The translations under genes and the position numbers were made by a program. Of a stretch of 64,000 bases of DNA, positions 1 to 12,037 are shown one piece after another. Numbering within the stretch: position 1 is the stretch's first letter; each line of letters starts with the position of its first letter. The notes beneath the pieces are model-generated. The model was not told where the DNA came from and searched no databases. It saw nothing but the letters and a program-made list of their open reading frames with translations. Source of the DNA: Craspedostauros australis (lineage: Eukaryota); the NCBI GenBank assembly GCA_030167865.1, contig JALAGF010006287.1, positions 1 through 64,000 on the forward strand. The letters are read 5' to 3'.

Positions 1-444
1 CTACTGCGGCATCGTGTTCGACCTTCCTGCCTCACTACAAGCAAAGGGTGAGCATCCAGGTACGGCTGAGTATCACGTTGCACCGGGTATATAGTGCCGC
101 CAACTGCAACGCTCTCCATTTCCCACGTTGCCACACAGATTGATTGATGACTGCTCATGCTGACAGCGCCGTTGCATTTCACCTTTTTCACTTCGATCCA
201 TGCAAACGGACACTCCTGCGCCCATGTTCCACCGCGCACATCTTCCCATTTTGATACGTGTAATACAACACGCGTGACGCTACATCACACAGACGATCAG
301 AGAACAGCCAGATACGATCGCACTACTCCACTTACAAGTACATCTCCGATCAGCACAAACCACACCGATACGCCGCTGAACCAACTGGATCTCTCGCTCC
401 CTCCCCCATCTTCAAGCGCGACGGCAAGTTTCAACCACAGCCTG

Positions 445-2745
445 ATGGCATCCAACGTAGACAGACAGACCCGCGCATGCGAGACGTCGCTGATGCGCGC
501 ATGCCGGAACCAAGATATTGCACAGGTCAAGCATCAGCTCGAATCAAGAAGCGCATGCCGATATCCACCAGGAGCCATCAAAGACCCCGAAGGCAACACC
601 GCCTTTCATTACGCTTGCGCCGCCAGCAACGCGGACGTGGCGAAGTGCCTCATCGAATCCAAACACGGTTCCATCGACGTCAACGTGCAAAACAATAATC
701 TGGAAACGCCATTGCACCGTGCCTGCAGAAACAACTGCGTCCAGGTCGTGAAGTATCTGTGCGAAACGGATGACCTCAAGGTCAACCAGTTCATTCAAGA
801 CTGCTGGGGCACTCTGCCAATTCACATCGTGTGCTACGATTGGTCCATCCCAATCCTGAAGATCCTGATGGAAGCCGACAAAACCAACTCAATTTGCAGC
901 ACACCAAACAAAAATGGCATTACAGCGCTCCATCGCGCATGCATGAACCACAATCTAGAGGTGCTCAAGTTCATGCTGAGTTCAACGACAGCCCAGAAGA
1001 TCGACGTCAACGTGAAGGACACGGACGGGAAGACACCGCTCCACTACGCATGCGAGCTGGACCACTCCAAGATACTGGCTTGCTTCATTGGGTCCAACGT
1101 ACCCAACATGAATGCCAACATCCAAGATGACGAAGGAAGGACACCTCTCCACCTTGCTTGTCGCAGCCGCGACGACAGAATGATGCGGCTTTTACTTGAT
1201 CGACATTCACATATGGATGTCGACCCAAACATTGCCGATAAGAACGGTGATACGCCGCTGCATCTGATCTGCTCCTCCGCCCAGAGAAAAGTAATCCAGA
1301 ACATGATAAAGAAGCCGAGACTCCCAAAGCTCGATTTCCACAGAAAGAACACGGAGGGTCACACTCCATTTGAGCTTGCATGTCGCCAGAATAAAGATCA
1401 AACCATGGCACCTTATTTGGTGATGTTGGATCCAAGCATTGACATCACTGTCCAAGACAGCAAATCCGGCGACACCCCGGTCCATTGTGCGTTTCGCAAT
1501 GGGTCCGTCCGTGCGGTACGATGCTGGATGGCAATCAAGAAGTTCCCCGAAGCTTTCCGCATCCAAAACAAGGATGGGGACACAGCTTTCCACGCCGCCT
1601 GCCGCTCTGAGAACGTGAATGTAGTCAGGTACTTGATCGAGTCGAGTAAAGTGGACGTTGGCGTTCAGACGAAGAACGGAAAAGGTGATACTCTTTTTCA
1701 CATCGCATTCGCTTCCAGAGGTCAAGACATGCTTTCATATCTGATCAAGTCACATGAAGCCGAGATGAAGAGAGAGATGCAAAACAATGATGGCAACACT
1801 CTCCTTCATGTCGCATTGATCGACAATCACTCGCGGAAGTGCCTGTCGTTGATATGTCCCAACAAGGGAACTTTGGACGCGACGATTCAGAACAAAGACG
1901 GCGACACGGCATTACACCTTGGAATGAAAAACAGCAACACAGACATACGCGCAATGATGCTTAAATCCGACTCTCTTGTTGTCGACGGCAGCATCCGAAA
2001 CCACAAGGGGGATACTGCACTTCACGCCCTGTGCGCCAATAAGTCTGCCGACACGAGTACGGCGTATGCGTTTTTTGCATCGGACCTGCCAAACGTAAAT
2101 TTCAATGCCCAGAACAACCATGGCGATACACCCCTGCATGTCGCATCCCGGGAGGGCTCCGGGTACATTCTCAGATATATCTCGAGATGGCACAAAGACA
2201 AGTTTGATCCCACCGTCAGGAACAAGAATGGTGAAACACCCATGCACGTTCTCAAACGAGATCGCCGGTTATTTCCAATTGACGAGGAAATGAAGCTCAC
2301 CAGACTCTACGATCTGATCCGAAACAGAGCCATAGGATACCGCAACTTGCATCAAGCCTGCACCGTCGCAAACGGAGATGCGATAGATCGGTTGATCGCG
2401 TCGGCGCCGCCATCGGCGAACCTGCAAGACAAGAATGGCGACACTCCGTTGCATATCGCAGTCCGCCGAAACCTTTTGAGGTCAGCGGAGTCATTGGTAG
2501 CATTCAAGGGGGCAGACCCGACAATTCGAAACTGTGCTGGTGATACTGCATTACACACGGCCAGCAAATGGAATCGAAAGAGATTGCTGAAGTCATTGAT
2601 CAAAGCAGAGAGTGTGGCTGCTTCTTCCGATGTGAAGAACCATGAGGGTAAAACAGCATTCGATATTGCGAACGAAAGGGGCTACGATGAAGTCAGAGTG
2701 CTATTGGATGAAGCTCGTCCGAACAAACGCATGAAGGTGACCTGA
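445..2745 (+). CDS. Ankyrin-repeat protein, intronless, roughly 20 ANK repeats; likely start 445 (ORF open from 157)
   Basis: Repeated ANK consensus (GNTAFHYAC, ETPLHRAC, GKTPLHYAC, GRTPLHLAC, GDTPLHVAS, GDTPLHIAV) across the ORF; ends in the basic NLS-like RPNKRMKVT. Confidence 0.93.
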   Translation: MASNVDRQTRACETSLMRACRNQDIAQVKHQLESRSACRYPPGAIKDPEGNTAFHYACAASNADVAKCLIESKHGSIDVNVQNNNLETPLHRACRNNCVQVVKYLCETDDLKVNQFIQDCWGTLPIHIVCYDWSIPILKILMEADKTNSICSTPNKNGITALHRACMNHNLEVLKFMLSSTTAQKIDVNVKDTDGKTPLHYACELDHSKILACFIGSNVPNMNANIQDDEGRTPLHLACRSRDDRMMRLLLDRHSHMDVDPNIADKNGDTPLHLICSSAQRKVIQNMIKKPRLPKLDFHRKNTEGHTPFELACRQNKDQTMAPYLVMLDPSIDITVQDSKSGDTPVHCAFRNGSVRAVRCWMAIKKFPEAFRIQNKDGDTAFHAACRSENVNVVRYLIESSKVDVGVQTKNGKGDTLFHIAFASRGQDMLSYLIKSHEAEMKREMQNNDGNTLLHVALIDNHSRKCLSLICPNKGTLDATIQNKDGDTALHLGMKNSNTDIRAMMLKSDSLVVDGSIRNHKGDTALHALCANKSADTSTAYAFFASDLPNVNFNAQNNHGDTPLHVASREGSGYILRYISRWHKDKFDPTVRNKNGETPMHVLKRDRRLFPIDEEMKLTRLYDLIRNRAIGYRNLHQACTVANGDAIDRLIASAPPSANLQDKNGDTPLHIAVRRNLLRSAESLVAFKGADPTIRNCAGDTALHTASKWNRKRLLKSLIKAESVAASSDVKNHEGKTAFDIANERGYDEVRVLLDEARPNKRMKVT

Positions 2746-3111
2746 GATATCAGCATAGCACTTCCCCGACGAAGGCACGCAACGGAAGATCGGCTGGAGC
2801 AATCCGTCAGTACAACAGCGATGTAAAATGTACAAATAGTTCATACGCTCGCGTGGCGAATCAAATCGGCACAAAAACACCTTCGCATGGTTCTGAGTGT
2901 GGTTACCGCGACCTTTAGCCGAGCTGCGCTCACATGCAATCATCATGGCATGATTGCACCATGGCGTGCTCAGACGACGACAGCGATGGCAGCATCTATC
3001 TGCAGACCGAACATCAGGGTCGTTGCCTTGCACGAAGAATGCGCCGAAGGGAATAATGCCATCCGCTTTGCCAGAGGATAGATCACGATGCACCGGGACG
3101 AACGTCTCTCT

Positions 3112-3113
<2 letters not shown>

Positions 3114-3142
<29 letters not shown>
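3114..3142. repeat. (GA)n microsatellite
   Basis: Read directly; similar GA/CT tracts near 6625, 39690 and 47500. Confidence 0.9.
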
Positions 3143-3146
<4 letters not shown>

Positions 3147-4997
3147 GGGCGGAGAGTTGATGGAGGTTGCTTTGTGATCGCCATCGAGGCCAGAGCAGAG
3201 TAGAAGTATCTGGAAGCATGCATGATCGCACTTGCGAGCAGGGTAAGGACACCCACATCGTGCAGGTTGCAACGAACTTTCTCTTTGCCGCTCAGGTCAA
3301 CCGTTGAATAGCCTGGCACTCATGCTTTCCTTTGCAATGTTTTGCTTGCTTCATGTGAAAGCGGAATGGACGTGCGTGTTCGGAACATGCGGTCCCAAGA
3401 TCCTTGTCAATTGCTTCCGAACAACTCTTCTGCAAGTGTGCTCGAGTACATCGCGGGTACAACTATGCACAGGTTCGCTGACACACAGAGCTGCGTGACG
3501 ACGAAGCTCGTTCGCGGCGCATGGGCTGACTTGCTCATACCCACTGGCGCTCGAAACGCATGTGCTCCGAGTCGCTTTGAGCCACGCCGATTCGGACACG
3601 AGCAACAGATCGATCAGCACATGGCGAGTGCATCTCCGTCTGCTGTACGAATCGATGAGAACAATGGGAGCTCCGCATAGAAGAGTAGAATAGGAATGGA
3701 ATAGTGATACTGGTGGCGAACAGGACTGGCACAACTCCAGCACTCCAGCACCCCCGCCACGCCGGCAATCCATTCCATACATGCAGTAGCACTACGGTCG
3801 CTTGATACTGACCGTGCTGAATGGAGTGCATATCATGGAGATGCAAGGTGAACAGCAACACCAACATCATGCGACGTGTGAAGCTGTGAGTACGACGGCG
3901 AAACTGTGCGAAGAATGGGTGGTGTGTGGCTTGCCTTTCACTTGGTAGCTTGGTCGCTTGGTTGATTGATCGTCGCAGAGTGTTGCTTGCCATCACAAAA
4001 CATTGCGAATTGTGGCGAATTGTAGCGATCTGTTTTGCTGTTCACTCGATAGACGAGAGTTGTCTCAACAAAGGACAACAAGTGGACATTGAGCCGAACA
4101 ATAGGGGACCAAACCACGAGCGTGCGATATTTGTAGCTATTCCACTTAGTGAGATCGATCGATTCAGTTCTTGATCTTGTTGCGCCTGTCGGCTGCAGTC
4201 ACCAATCAAAACACGCGGGCGTGACATCCAGTCATTCCTAATGTCGAACAAAACCAACGCCACAAATTCAACACACCACTTCACATCACATCACATGTTC
4301 TCTGTGTGGTGTCACTCCCAACACTCGTCTCATGGCCAATACTCAAACGATGTCGTTCATACCAGTATCAACAATCGGCACCGCTGGTACTATTAACAAT
4401 ATTAGCACTATTATCCCGTTTAGTACTGTTGGTGCTGTTGAATTGATGCTCCAATCCATCACAACAAACGATTCGCTGGAGTCTCGGCACGAGCGAAACT
4501 GGGGGTACGGGTGAGAAACAAGACCAATTGCCATGATGGATACATAATATGAGCACTCCAGAAGAGTGAGAGTACATACTAGTATGATCAAGTAGATGCA
4601 ACAGTCGGTGGATCACCCGCTCGAGCAAAATGCCATCAAGATGGATCTTGCTCTTGCAATCCGCAACCGATTGTAGTCCTGCGCCGACATGTATCTTGGA
4701 TTGGACTCAATTCGATGATCGATCGAGATGCGCCATGCACAAGCCATAGAGCAGTATCAGTCCTGTATACTCCTCCTGTACCAGCGAACGAGTGGAATGC
4801 AGGAATACATGAATGAGTGGAATGCGACCTCCTCTGGGGAGTGGATTCCATTCCATCCCTCGTCGTCTCTTCTCATCTCATAAAATCAAATCGCATTCAG
4901 CAACAACAATATCAGCACATCACAGCAACGACGTACTCGTACTCGCACTCGCACTCGCCATCAACACCAACGCCAACACCGACACGAGCGAGCAACC

Positions 4998-6618
4998 ATG
5001 AAACTTTCATCAGCCCTTCCCATCTTCATCGCAGTCATCGCGACTGCCTCAAACATCGCTGCATCGGCAGCAGACCATCATTCTGCCGTCGGCCGTGACA
5101 CCCAACATGACACCAAAGGACGCGCACTCAGAGGCGGTGCCCACACCAACAATCCTGCTCTGCATCATCATGATTCTCACACCAACGCGAAGAAGACCAC
5201 GCGTGGCGGAGATCGTCCAAAGAAGCATGGACATGGCAGCAGCCCAACCCACAACAAGCGCACCCACTCCATCAACGCCAACAACTATGAGACGCACATC
5301 GTGGGAGGAAACGAAGCGACGAAGGGAGAGTACCCAGAGTTCGTCCATTGGGCCGTGGGATGCGGCGGATTGCTCATCGCACCTGACATCGTCCTCACTG
5401 CGGCACATTGCGACTCCGATCAGACCATCAGGATGGACGCCATCATCAGCGCGTACGATGAGTTTGCATGGAACCAGCCAACAGGACCCAACGCACGCAA
5501 GATCGATGACAAGCGCGTCCATCCAGACTATGCCGCCACTCAGATCAACGACATCATGCTCTTCTGTCTATCCAACCCTGCACCATCCAATGTGTCCATG
5601 ATGAAGATCAACAGCAAGTTCGGCACTCCAGGCACGGACGGCTTGGGAAATCCGCAGACCATGACGGTGATTGGTTTTGGAGACACATCGGACGGTGGCT
5701 CTCCATCAGAGACTCTGATGGAGCTGGACATCCAGCAGGTCGATACTGCGTGGTGAAACGATCAGGACAGATACAACGGACAGGTCAGCGATGAGGCGGA
5801 GTTCTGTGCTGGCTTCGTGAAGGATGGTGTCCACCAGGGTGCCAAGGACTCGTGTCAGGGTGACTCTGGCGGTCCCGTGTTTGTGACTGAGGGTGGCGAG
5901 CGCGTTCAGGTGGGCGTGGTGTCTTGGGGTATCGGCTGTGCTCAGCAGCGATATCCTGGTGTGTATGCTCGTGTGAGCAACACGTATGAATGGATCAAGG
6001 TACGTACATCCGAGTAGGTGCATGCATGTCAATGCATGATGGAAGCATGATTGAAGTATGGTTGAAACATGAAAGAGTATGGTGAGTATGGTGAGTATGC
6101 AAAGATATATGGTATGATCACAGCAGCGAGCTCACTATTCCATTCCATTCCATTCTATTGTGCTTTTCCCCACTCTCCCAATACTCCTACACCCACAGGA
6201 GAATGCATGTGCCATGTCCAAAGTACCATCCGAGCTGTGTGGCACAGGAGGCGGAAACAGCGATGATGAGAATGACAACAACAACGGTGATGGTGGCGAT
6301 GATGACAGCTCCTGCATCCCTGTCACGTTGAAGCTCCACACCGATGATTTCCCAGAAGACACATCCTTTATGATGTATGACTCTCAAGATTCGAGCACAG
6401 AGTATTGGAATGAGTCTGGCTTCATTCGGTCCAACACTGAGTATCCTGAATACAAAGCATGCGTTCCACGTGATCGTTGCACTTACTTTGATTTCTTTGA
6501 TGCCTTCGGCGATGGCATCAGCGGAGACGGCTTCACGTTGACCGCCGACGGAAAGCAGCTGCACTCTGGTGGCAACATCGGATCGGAGGTGTTGAAGAAC
6601 ATTCCTGATGGTTGCTAG
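4998..6618 (+). CDS. Secreted trypsin-like serine protease (S1 family), join(4998..5999,6199..6618), interrupted by an in-frame TGA at 5754-5756 (pseudogene allele, error or recoding)
   Basis: Signal peptide [17 protein letters not shown]; His-rich propeptide; IVGG activation site; LTAAHC, NDIML and [11 protein letters not shown] catalytic motifs; [12 protein letters not shown] and PGVYARV. Intron GTACGT 6000 to CACAG 6198 joins WIK|ENACA in frame. Confidence 0.9.
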
Positions 6619-8012
6619 AGCGAGAAGAGAGAGAGAGAGAGAGAGAATAGAGAGGATGGATTGTGTGTGAGACAACAGAACGGTCTTTGTAATGCCAATA
6701 GCAACAGCAACGCCAACGACAATGGCAGCATTATGCAATCCTCCTCTTCCAAGTACGTGTGTTCCACAATAGAGTAGTCGTAGGAAAACCAATCGGAGCG
6801 TGGTTGCTCACACAACTCCAGAATGTAGGATCGTGTATCACAACAACCGTTGATTGCTTGTTGTGTACTCACGCGGATGCACCATCACCGTTCGAATTGT
6901 GGAGCACATACCGACGACCGCGGTTGCTTGCGCTGACGCGGGCAGAGGCAAAGCATGAGAGGAATGATAGGGTGTGCCAGATCAAGAAGGGAGGTGTTGC
7001 CACCCAATGCGCTGCGATGATGGCTGCTTGTGAGGAAGCGGGAGTTTGTTGTTATTGATGGATTGTGTGTGTGTTTGTGGGGAGGTTGGATGGGGGTGGT
7101 GGACAGTCAAGGCGGTGTGTGAAATGCCAGGACCATCCTTGTGGAGGACGTTGTGCAAGCACAAAGGGATCCTCCCCGTGTCAAAAAGTAGTTTCAACAA
7201 GTGTCGGGCGATGCCCGACAATACTTCGTTAAAAGATATTAGAACAGTTACTACACAAGATCAAAGCCAATAGGCGAAGAGAGATGGGTGTTAGAAAGGT
7301 GCGCACACGCACAGGCGAGGAGAGGAGTTGATGCTGTGTGATGCTCATCTCGTACAAATTCCGCAGAATGGGCGAGGCGCTGATGTGTGTGTCCCGATGG
7401 CGCTTTCCGACCACCTTTTTTATTGCGCAGTCTACCATACTTGCATGAGCACAGAGGATGCCGAAGGGAGAGGAATGAATCTTGTGCGCATGTTATGGGC
7501 GAAGATGGAGTTGCGAAGGTAGACACCCACGTCGGATGACTCGCGAGAGGGGCTTGGGTTGATGGACGGAACTGGAGTTGTGGAATGTTGGAGGAGGCGG
7601 AGAAGCGATTCGAAGTGATCAAAATGAGATCAAAGGAGGCTTGCCAAGCCCAACAACCGGTCAACAGACGAGGTAGAATACGAGGGCAGGCGGCACCAAT
7701 CCAACACCAACTGCTGATCCGCAGCATGGGTGTTGCGTATCATCCGGCAGACCGCACTGTGATGGTTTGATACAATTTCTCTACCCATCTTCCGATTTCT
7801 ACACTAATTTTCCATTTCCGGACATCTGCCTCTCGCGTGCTCTTGCTGTCTCAACGCCTCGACGTGGGCCTTTTCATATTGGTATCATGCGTGCATGTGC
7901 ATGTATGTGCGTACATGTGTGTTTGTGCGATACCCCGTCTCTATGTTTCCCTGGACTATCGACGGATGAAGCTGCCGCTGTTTCCCCTTCAGATCCTGCT
8001 TCGTCTCCTTTT

Positions 8013-9399
8013 TTACATGATGGCGCAAGGATTCGTGAAGCATTCTTCCTTGTTGGAACCATCAGCCCCGTCGGCATCTTCCACGATCACGGCAGCTCGA
8101 TCCTTACTTTCTCTCCGCGACATCGCTGATTCGTCAGTGACGAACGAAGCTATTGACGCGACAGTCTCTGCAGCCAGGGACTTTCGTTGCTCCAGCGCGC
8201 TGCGGGCAACCTTCGGTGTCTTCTTTGGTTTGGCGGAGACCTTTTTGGAAGTGGAAACGGCGCCAGCCGATGCTGCCGGTTTTGGCTTCTTCGGGCGTGT
8301 GGCCTCCTTCTTCTCTTTCCCTCCTTCCGAAGCAGCAGCTTCATCTGCGTCGCCTGCGAAAAATTCCTGCGATGATTCCATCACAGTTCCGATACTGGCC
8401 CTTGGGGTGGTGTTGAGTGACATCTCGGTTTCTTCCGAAGTGTCACGTTCTGACCGCGGGCGATTTTCCGGACCATACATCACACTCCCGTGGCTTTCGA
8501 TGCTCAATCCAGACGCAATGGAGCTGTCGCTCTTCGCCTTGCGCCCGCGACGGAAGACTTTTCGCAGAACAGCGCGTGGCGATGTCATGACGGATGATGC
8601 GTTGCTCATGGTGGAGATGTCATCGTCACTGTTCTCGGAAAATTCGTCGATGGCGCTGGGGACTCCGTCCGGGCCGATGTCGCGCGATGGCTTGATCCCG
8701 TTCCTGCGGAAGGAACGGCTCATGTATTTCTTGCCGCGGCGGTGGGAGATCTTCCATTCAGGGTGCCGCGATTCGACCATTCTGCGGATTTGGCCAAACG
8801 ATGGCATGCGCGACTTTGCTTCCCCTTGTCCGCTCGGTTTCGCGTTGGCTCGGAACTGTGGAGATGCATGCAGCAATCAATGACGATGAAAGGAAAGGAG
8901 AGATGACAGTTCGAAAGTGTGAGATGCAATTGATGACGCAAATGGATTCATGTCCGTGTGTACTATCTTCACATGCACGTTTGCAAGGTGCCTTGTCATC
9001 GTCGTGAGATTCTGAATCCGCCAGTGGGCAACATAGCTGATCCGATTCATCACGACCGGCTGTGCAATGGGAGAATCGGAGGCGATTCTCTGTGTCACGG
9101 CCGTCTCTCGATTGCCACATTTGCGAACAGGTGTGCTTTCTCAACATTATCATCACCGTCATCGAATGTGATGCACGATGATCCCAACTGTTGTTCCGAA
9201 ACGCAATCGCATCATGCGATGCCATCCATGGCTTGCTTGGTTTGTCACGTACAGTCTTGATTGCGGTGTGGAATGCTGCCGTGAGTTGCATCCCTGACGG
9301 CCGGACGACCTCGACGCTGGCGGCGGCGTTGTTGGGCTCCTTGGCAGTCGCCGGTGGCGCACGGCGATCGCTCTTGGAACGGAATCCAAACTTGCCCAT
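8013..9399 (-). CDS. Uncharacterised CaaX-terminated protein, short paralog (329 aa), join(9399..9253,8855..8013)
   Basis: Phase-0 intron GTACGT (9252) to CCACAG (8856) gives AIKT|FRANAK. Colinear similarity to the 14061-20686 gene. C-terminus EECFTNPCAIM*. Confidence 0.8.
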
Positions 9400-12037
9400 C
9401 TTGTTGCCTTTCCTGAATGCTTTATATTTTTATTTGAATGTGTTTGAATGTCTTTCAATGTGCTTCAATGAAAGGACGGTGTGTCTCAGTGTCTTTGTGG
9501 TGGAGTATTTGCGTTCACTTCGCTTGGTGCGCGCTCTGATCGACTTTTGGTGTGCTGTTGATGAGCAATGAAAATGATGATTCAGGGTGATGCTGGGAAT
9601 TGTGGCTTTGTGTGGTGGTGTGTGGTGGTGTGTCATGGGTGTGGTGTGTTGTTTCTCACCGGCTCGGCGACACCAACAATGATGGTGGCAGCAACCACTC
9701 GCTCAACGCGTAACGCACAACGCAGGCACCGCCAACGATCAACAAATCGTTCCATTCTGCCTCCGAGTACCCGTGACTGTACCCTCGTGGCTGCTCTCTG
9801 TCGTTTTTCTCACCGTGCAACCTTGACACCCTTTACGGGTTGTTCTCGCGCGTTGTTGCGAATCCTTCCCACAACCGTCCACAATCGTCACGCCACAACC
9901 CTTCCCAGCCAACGGTACGGACACGCGACGGGATTGTTGCGACGGCAACGACGAACAACAAGCAACTCGGAGGGCGATTGATGCACCACGATCAGACAGC
10001 AGATACGCCCAAATGGACAACGAACCTCTCCTGTGATGTGTTTGATTGGGCAACTCCGCCACCCACGCGTAAGTCTCAACATTCTCACGTGTTCTGCTCT
10101 TTCGCACGAGAAGTGTTGATGCAACTGAGAAACTTGTTCGATGTCTCGCCACGGCAATGACAAAAAATCCAATAGCCCCTTGTCAATCCCGAATATCAGT
10201 GGTTTCAAGCCATTTTGGTCGATCGAGTCAAACACCCGTCGTGTTTCGAGTTCGTCATGAGAGAGCGATGAACGGACCAACCGAAGAAGCACAGACGTGA
10301 TATCTGATACTTAGAATTCCGAACGACACAGATAAGATGCCAGAAGGTCCCAATTGACACAGGCACGCAACAACGAGTCTCACTTTGTCGCCAGGCATCA
10401 TCGGCGCAGCATTGCCTGCAACTCGGCGTGGCGCTGCGCGGTCGGCCAGCATCAACATGAGCGCCACGGCATTACCATTGTCATCACAAACGCGATCACA
10501 CAGACCAACTGGACAACTGGACAACAAAGCAGCAGCATCGCTGACAGAGTGCGCAGTTCGGCCATGCAAAGCTCAATGGAGTATGATATTTCCAGATGGC
10601 CGTTCAATGGATCATGGCGCACCCGTGGCAAGAGGCGATGCTGTCTTCCTTTCTCGGTTGCCCCTTGTGTTGGTTATTCCTCCTTGGCCTTCTTGATCGT
10701 GAAGTCGTTCGCCACAATGCAAAATAGAGTTGGTTGGAGTAGGATAGAGAAGAGTTGAATACCTCCACACGCTTCTCAAGTCCGGAGTACTCTTCGGAGC
10801 AAGACAATTTGGTGCATCTCGGCGGATCCATACTCGCACATCCCGTCAGCAATCCCGCTCACTGCAACCAACTCCATCCTTGTTTGTACCATACGTAGAT
10901 ATGGCCAGCGGCATCGGGTGCCCACTACCATTGCGAGGTACTGATGCGTTCATCCGCGCGGGGCATTCGGAGATAAGGCAGTCCGTGTGGCAATCGCTTT
11001 CAATAGCTTCGGTGGATGAAGAGCTCATCGATTTCACGTGCGAACGAGGGGTTTCGCTACTCGTGCATACGTCTACTCCTGATGCACATCTTCGTCTTCA
11101 CATTGCCGCTGTCGCTGTAGTCATCTTGTGAAATCGAGTGGAGACTGGCTCCATATCGAATTCTACCCCCACGCACCCGTCTCCGCCGTGGTGCATCCAG
11201 GCTATTTCGTCATGAGCAGCAATACATCTTTCCTGTGTGCGCTGACTTGAATGGGATAGAGAAGACGAGAGCAGAACACAGTAGAGTAGTGGAGAGTAGG
11301 TCGCTCTATTGGTTGGGAGTAAGTTGGCAGAGTATGGCAAGAGTAGGTGTGGTAACACGCTCGCCCAACGAGCGGATCAGCACTTGGATCGGTTGGCACG
11401 ACACATGCTTCGTGGGCACTTTCTTTGTGACGAAAGAGCGCGCAATGGCGAAGCCTGTCCTGTCCGCAAAGTTGGCAAGCGATGGAACGAGCGGGAAATC
11501 TCGGCAGATCCATGGTGCGCAGGCAGCATTGGCGACTAACTCTCCCAAAAATGCTCCAGTTTGTGCATCGCCACACTCCAAAGACCACAACCACTCACAA
11601 AGGCTCAACGTTCAACCTCGCCGACCACACACTCCGACAACAACGAAAGCGCTCAAGCAATCTTCGATCCTTCAAGATGATGGTGCCGAATCGGCAAAAC
11701 GACGCCCAAGGGAAGCACGAGAGGACCGAAAGTGCCCCAGCGCTTTTGATGTCCGTATCTTCTCTCGTCGTCATCGGAAGATGATTGGCGATCTCTCGTG
11801 GTCACCACTGATCCAACTGTTGTCAAATCCTTTCAGGTGACACCACGGGGAACAGAGCAAACAGAGCCAACCATGAAGGATGGCTGATTGCGACTCAGCT
11901 TCCGTCGTGCTTTTCCACTGCAAATGCCAGGAAGTCGTCCGCTCCTCGATTCTTCATGTATCTCATCTCACAAATCCAAGCTCGACACAAAGAAAAAGCA
12001 AACACATCAACAAACCAACCAACAGCAAGCTTCCACC

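Noticed and set aside
5754..5756. Genome-wide TGA reassignment
   Set aside because: TGA terminates other genes here (ankyrin, SEC12-like, LMF, PFK2), and no other internal TGA was found in conserved coding regions.
7017..7070. SECIS-like ATGA-stem-AA element downstream of the trypsin gene
   Set aside because: The stem is weak and G:U-rich, and the 3' side reads TGTT where the GA quartet should be.
7837..8883. Long antisense ORFs (also 12323-13423, 17584-18942, 41672-42703, 51560-52459)
   Set aside because: They shadow real genes on the opposite strand and are explained by codon bias and low complexity.
9568..11900. Many short ORFs in a 2.3-kb spacer
   Set aside because: No recognisable domains, consistent splice model or terminal repeats; a decayed element cannot be excluded.
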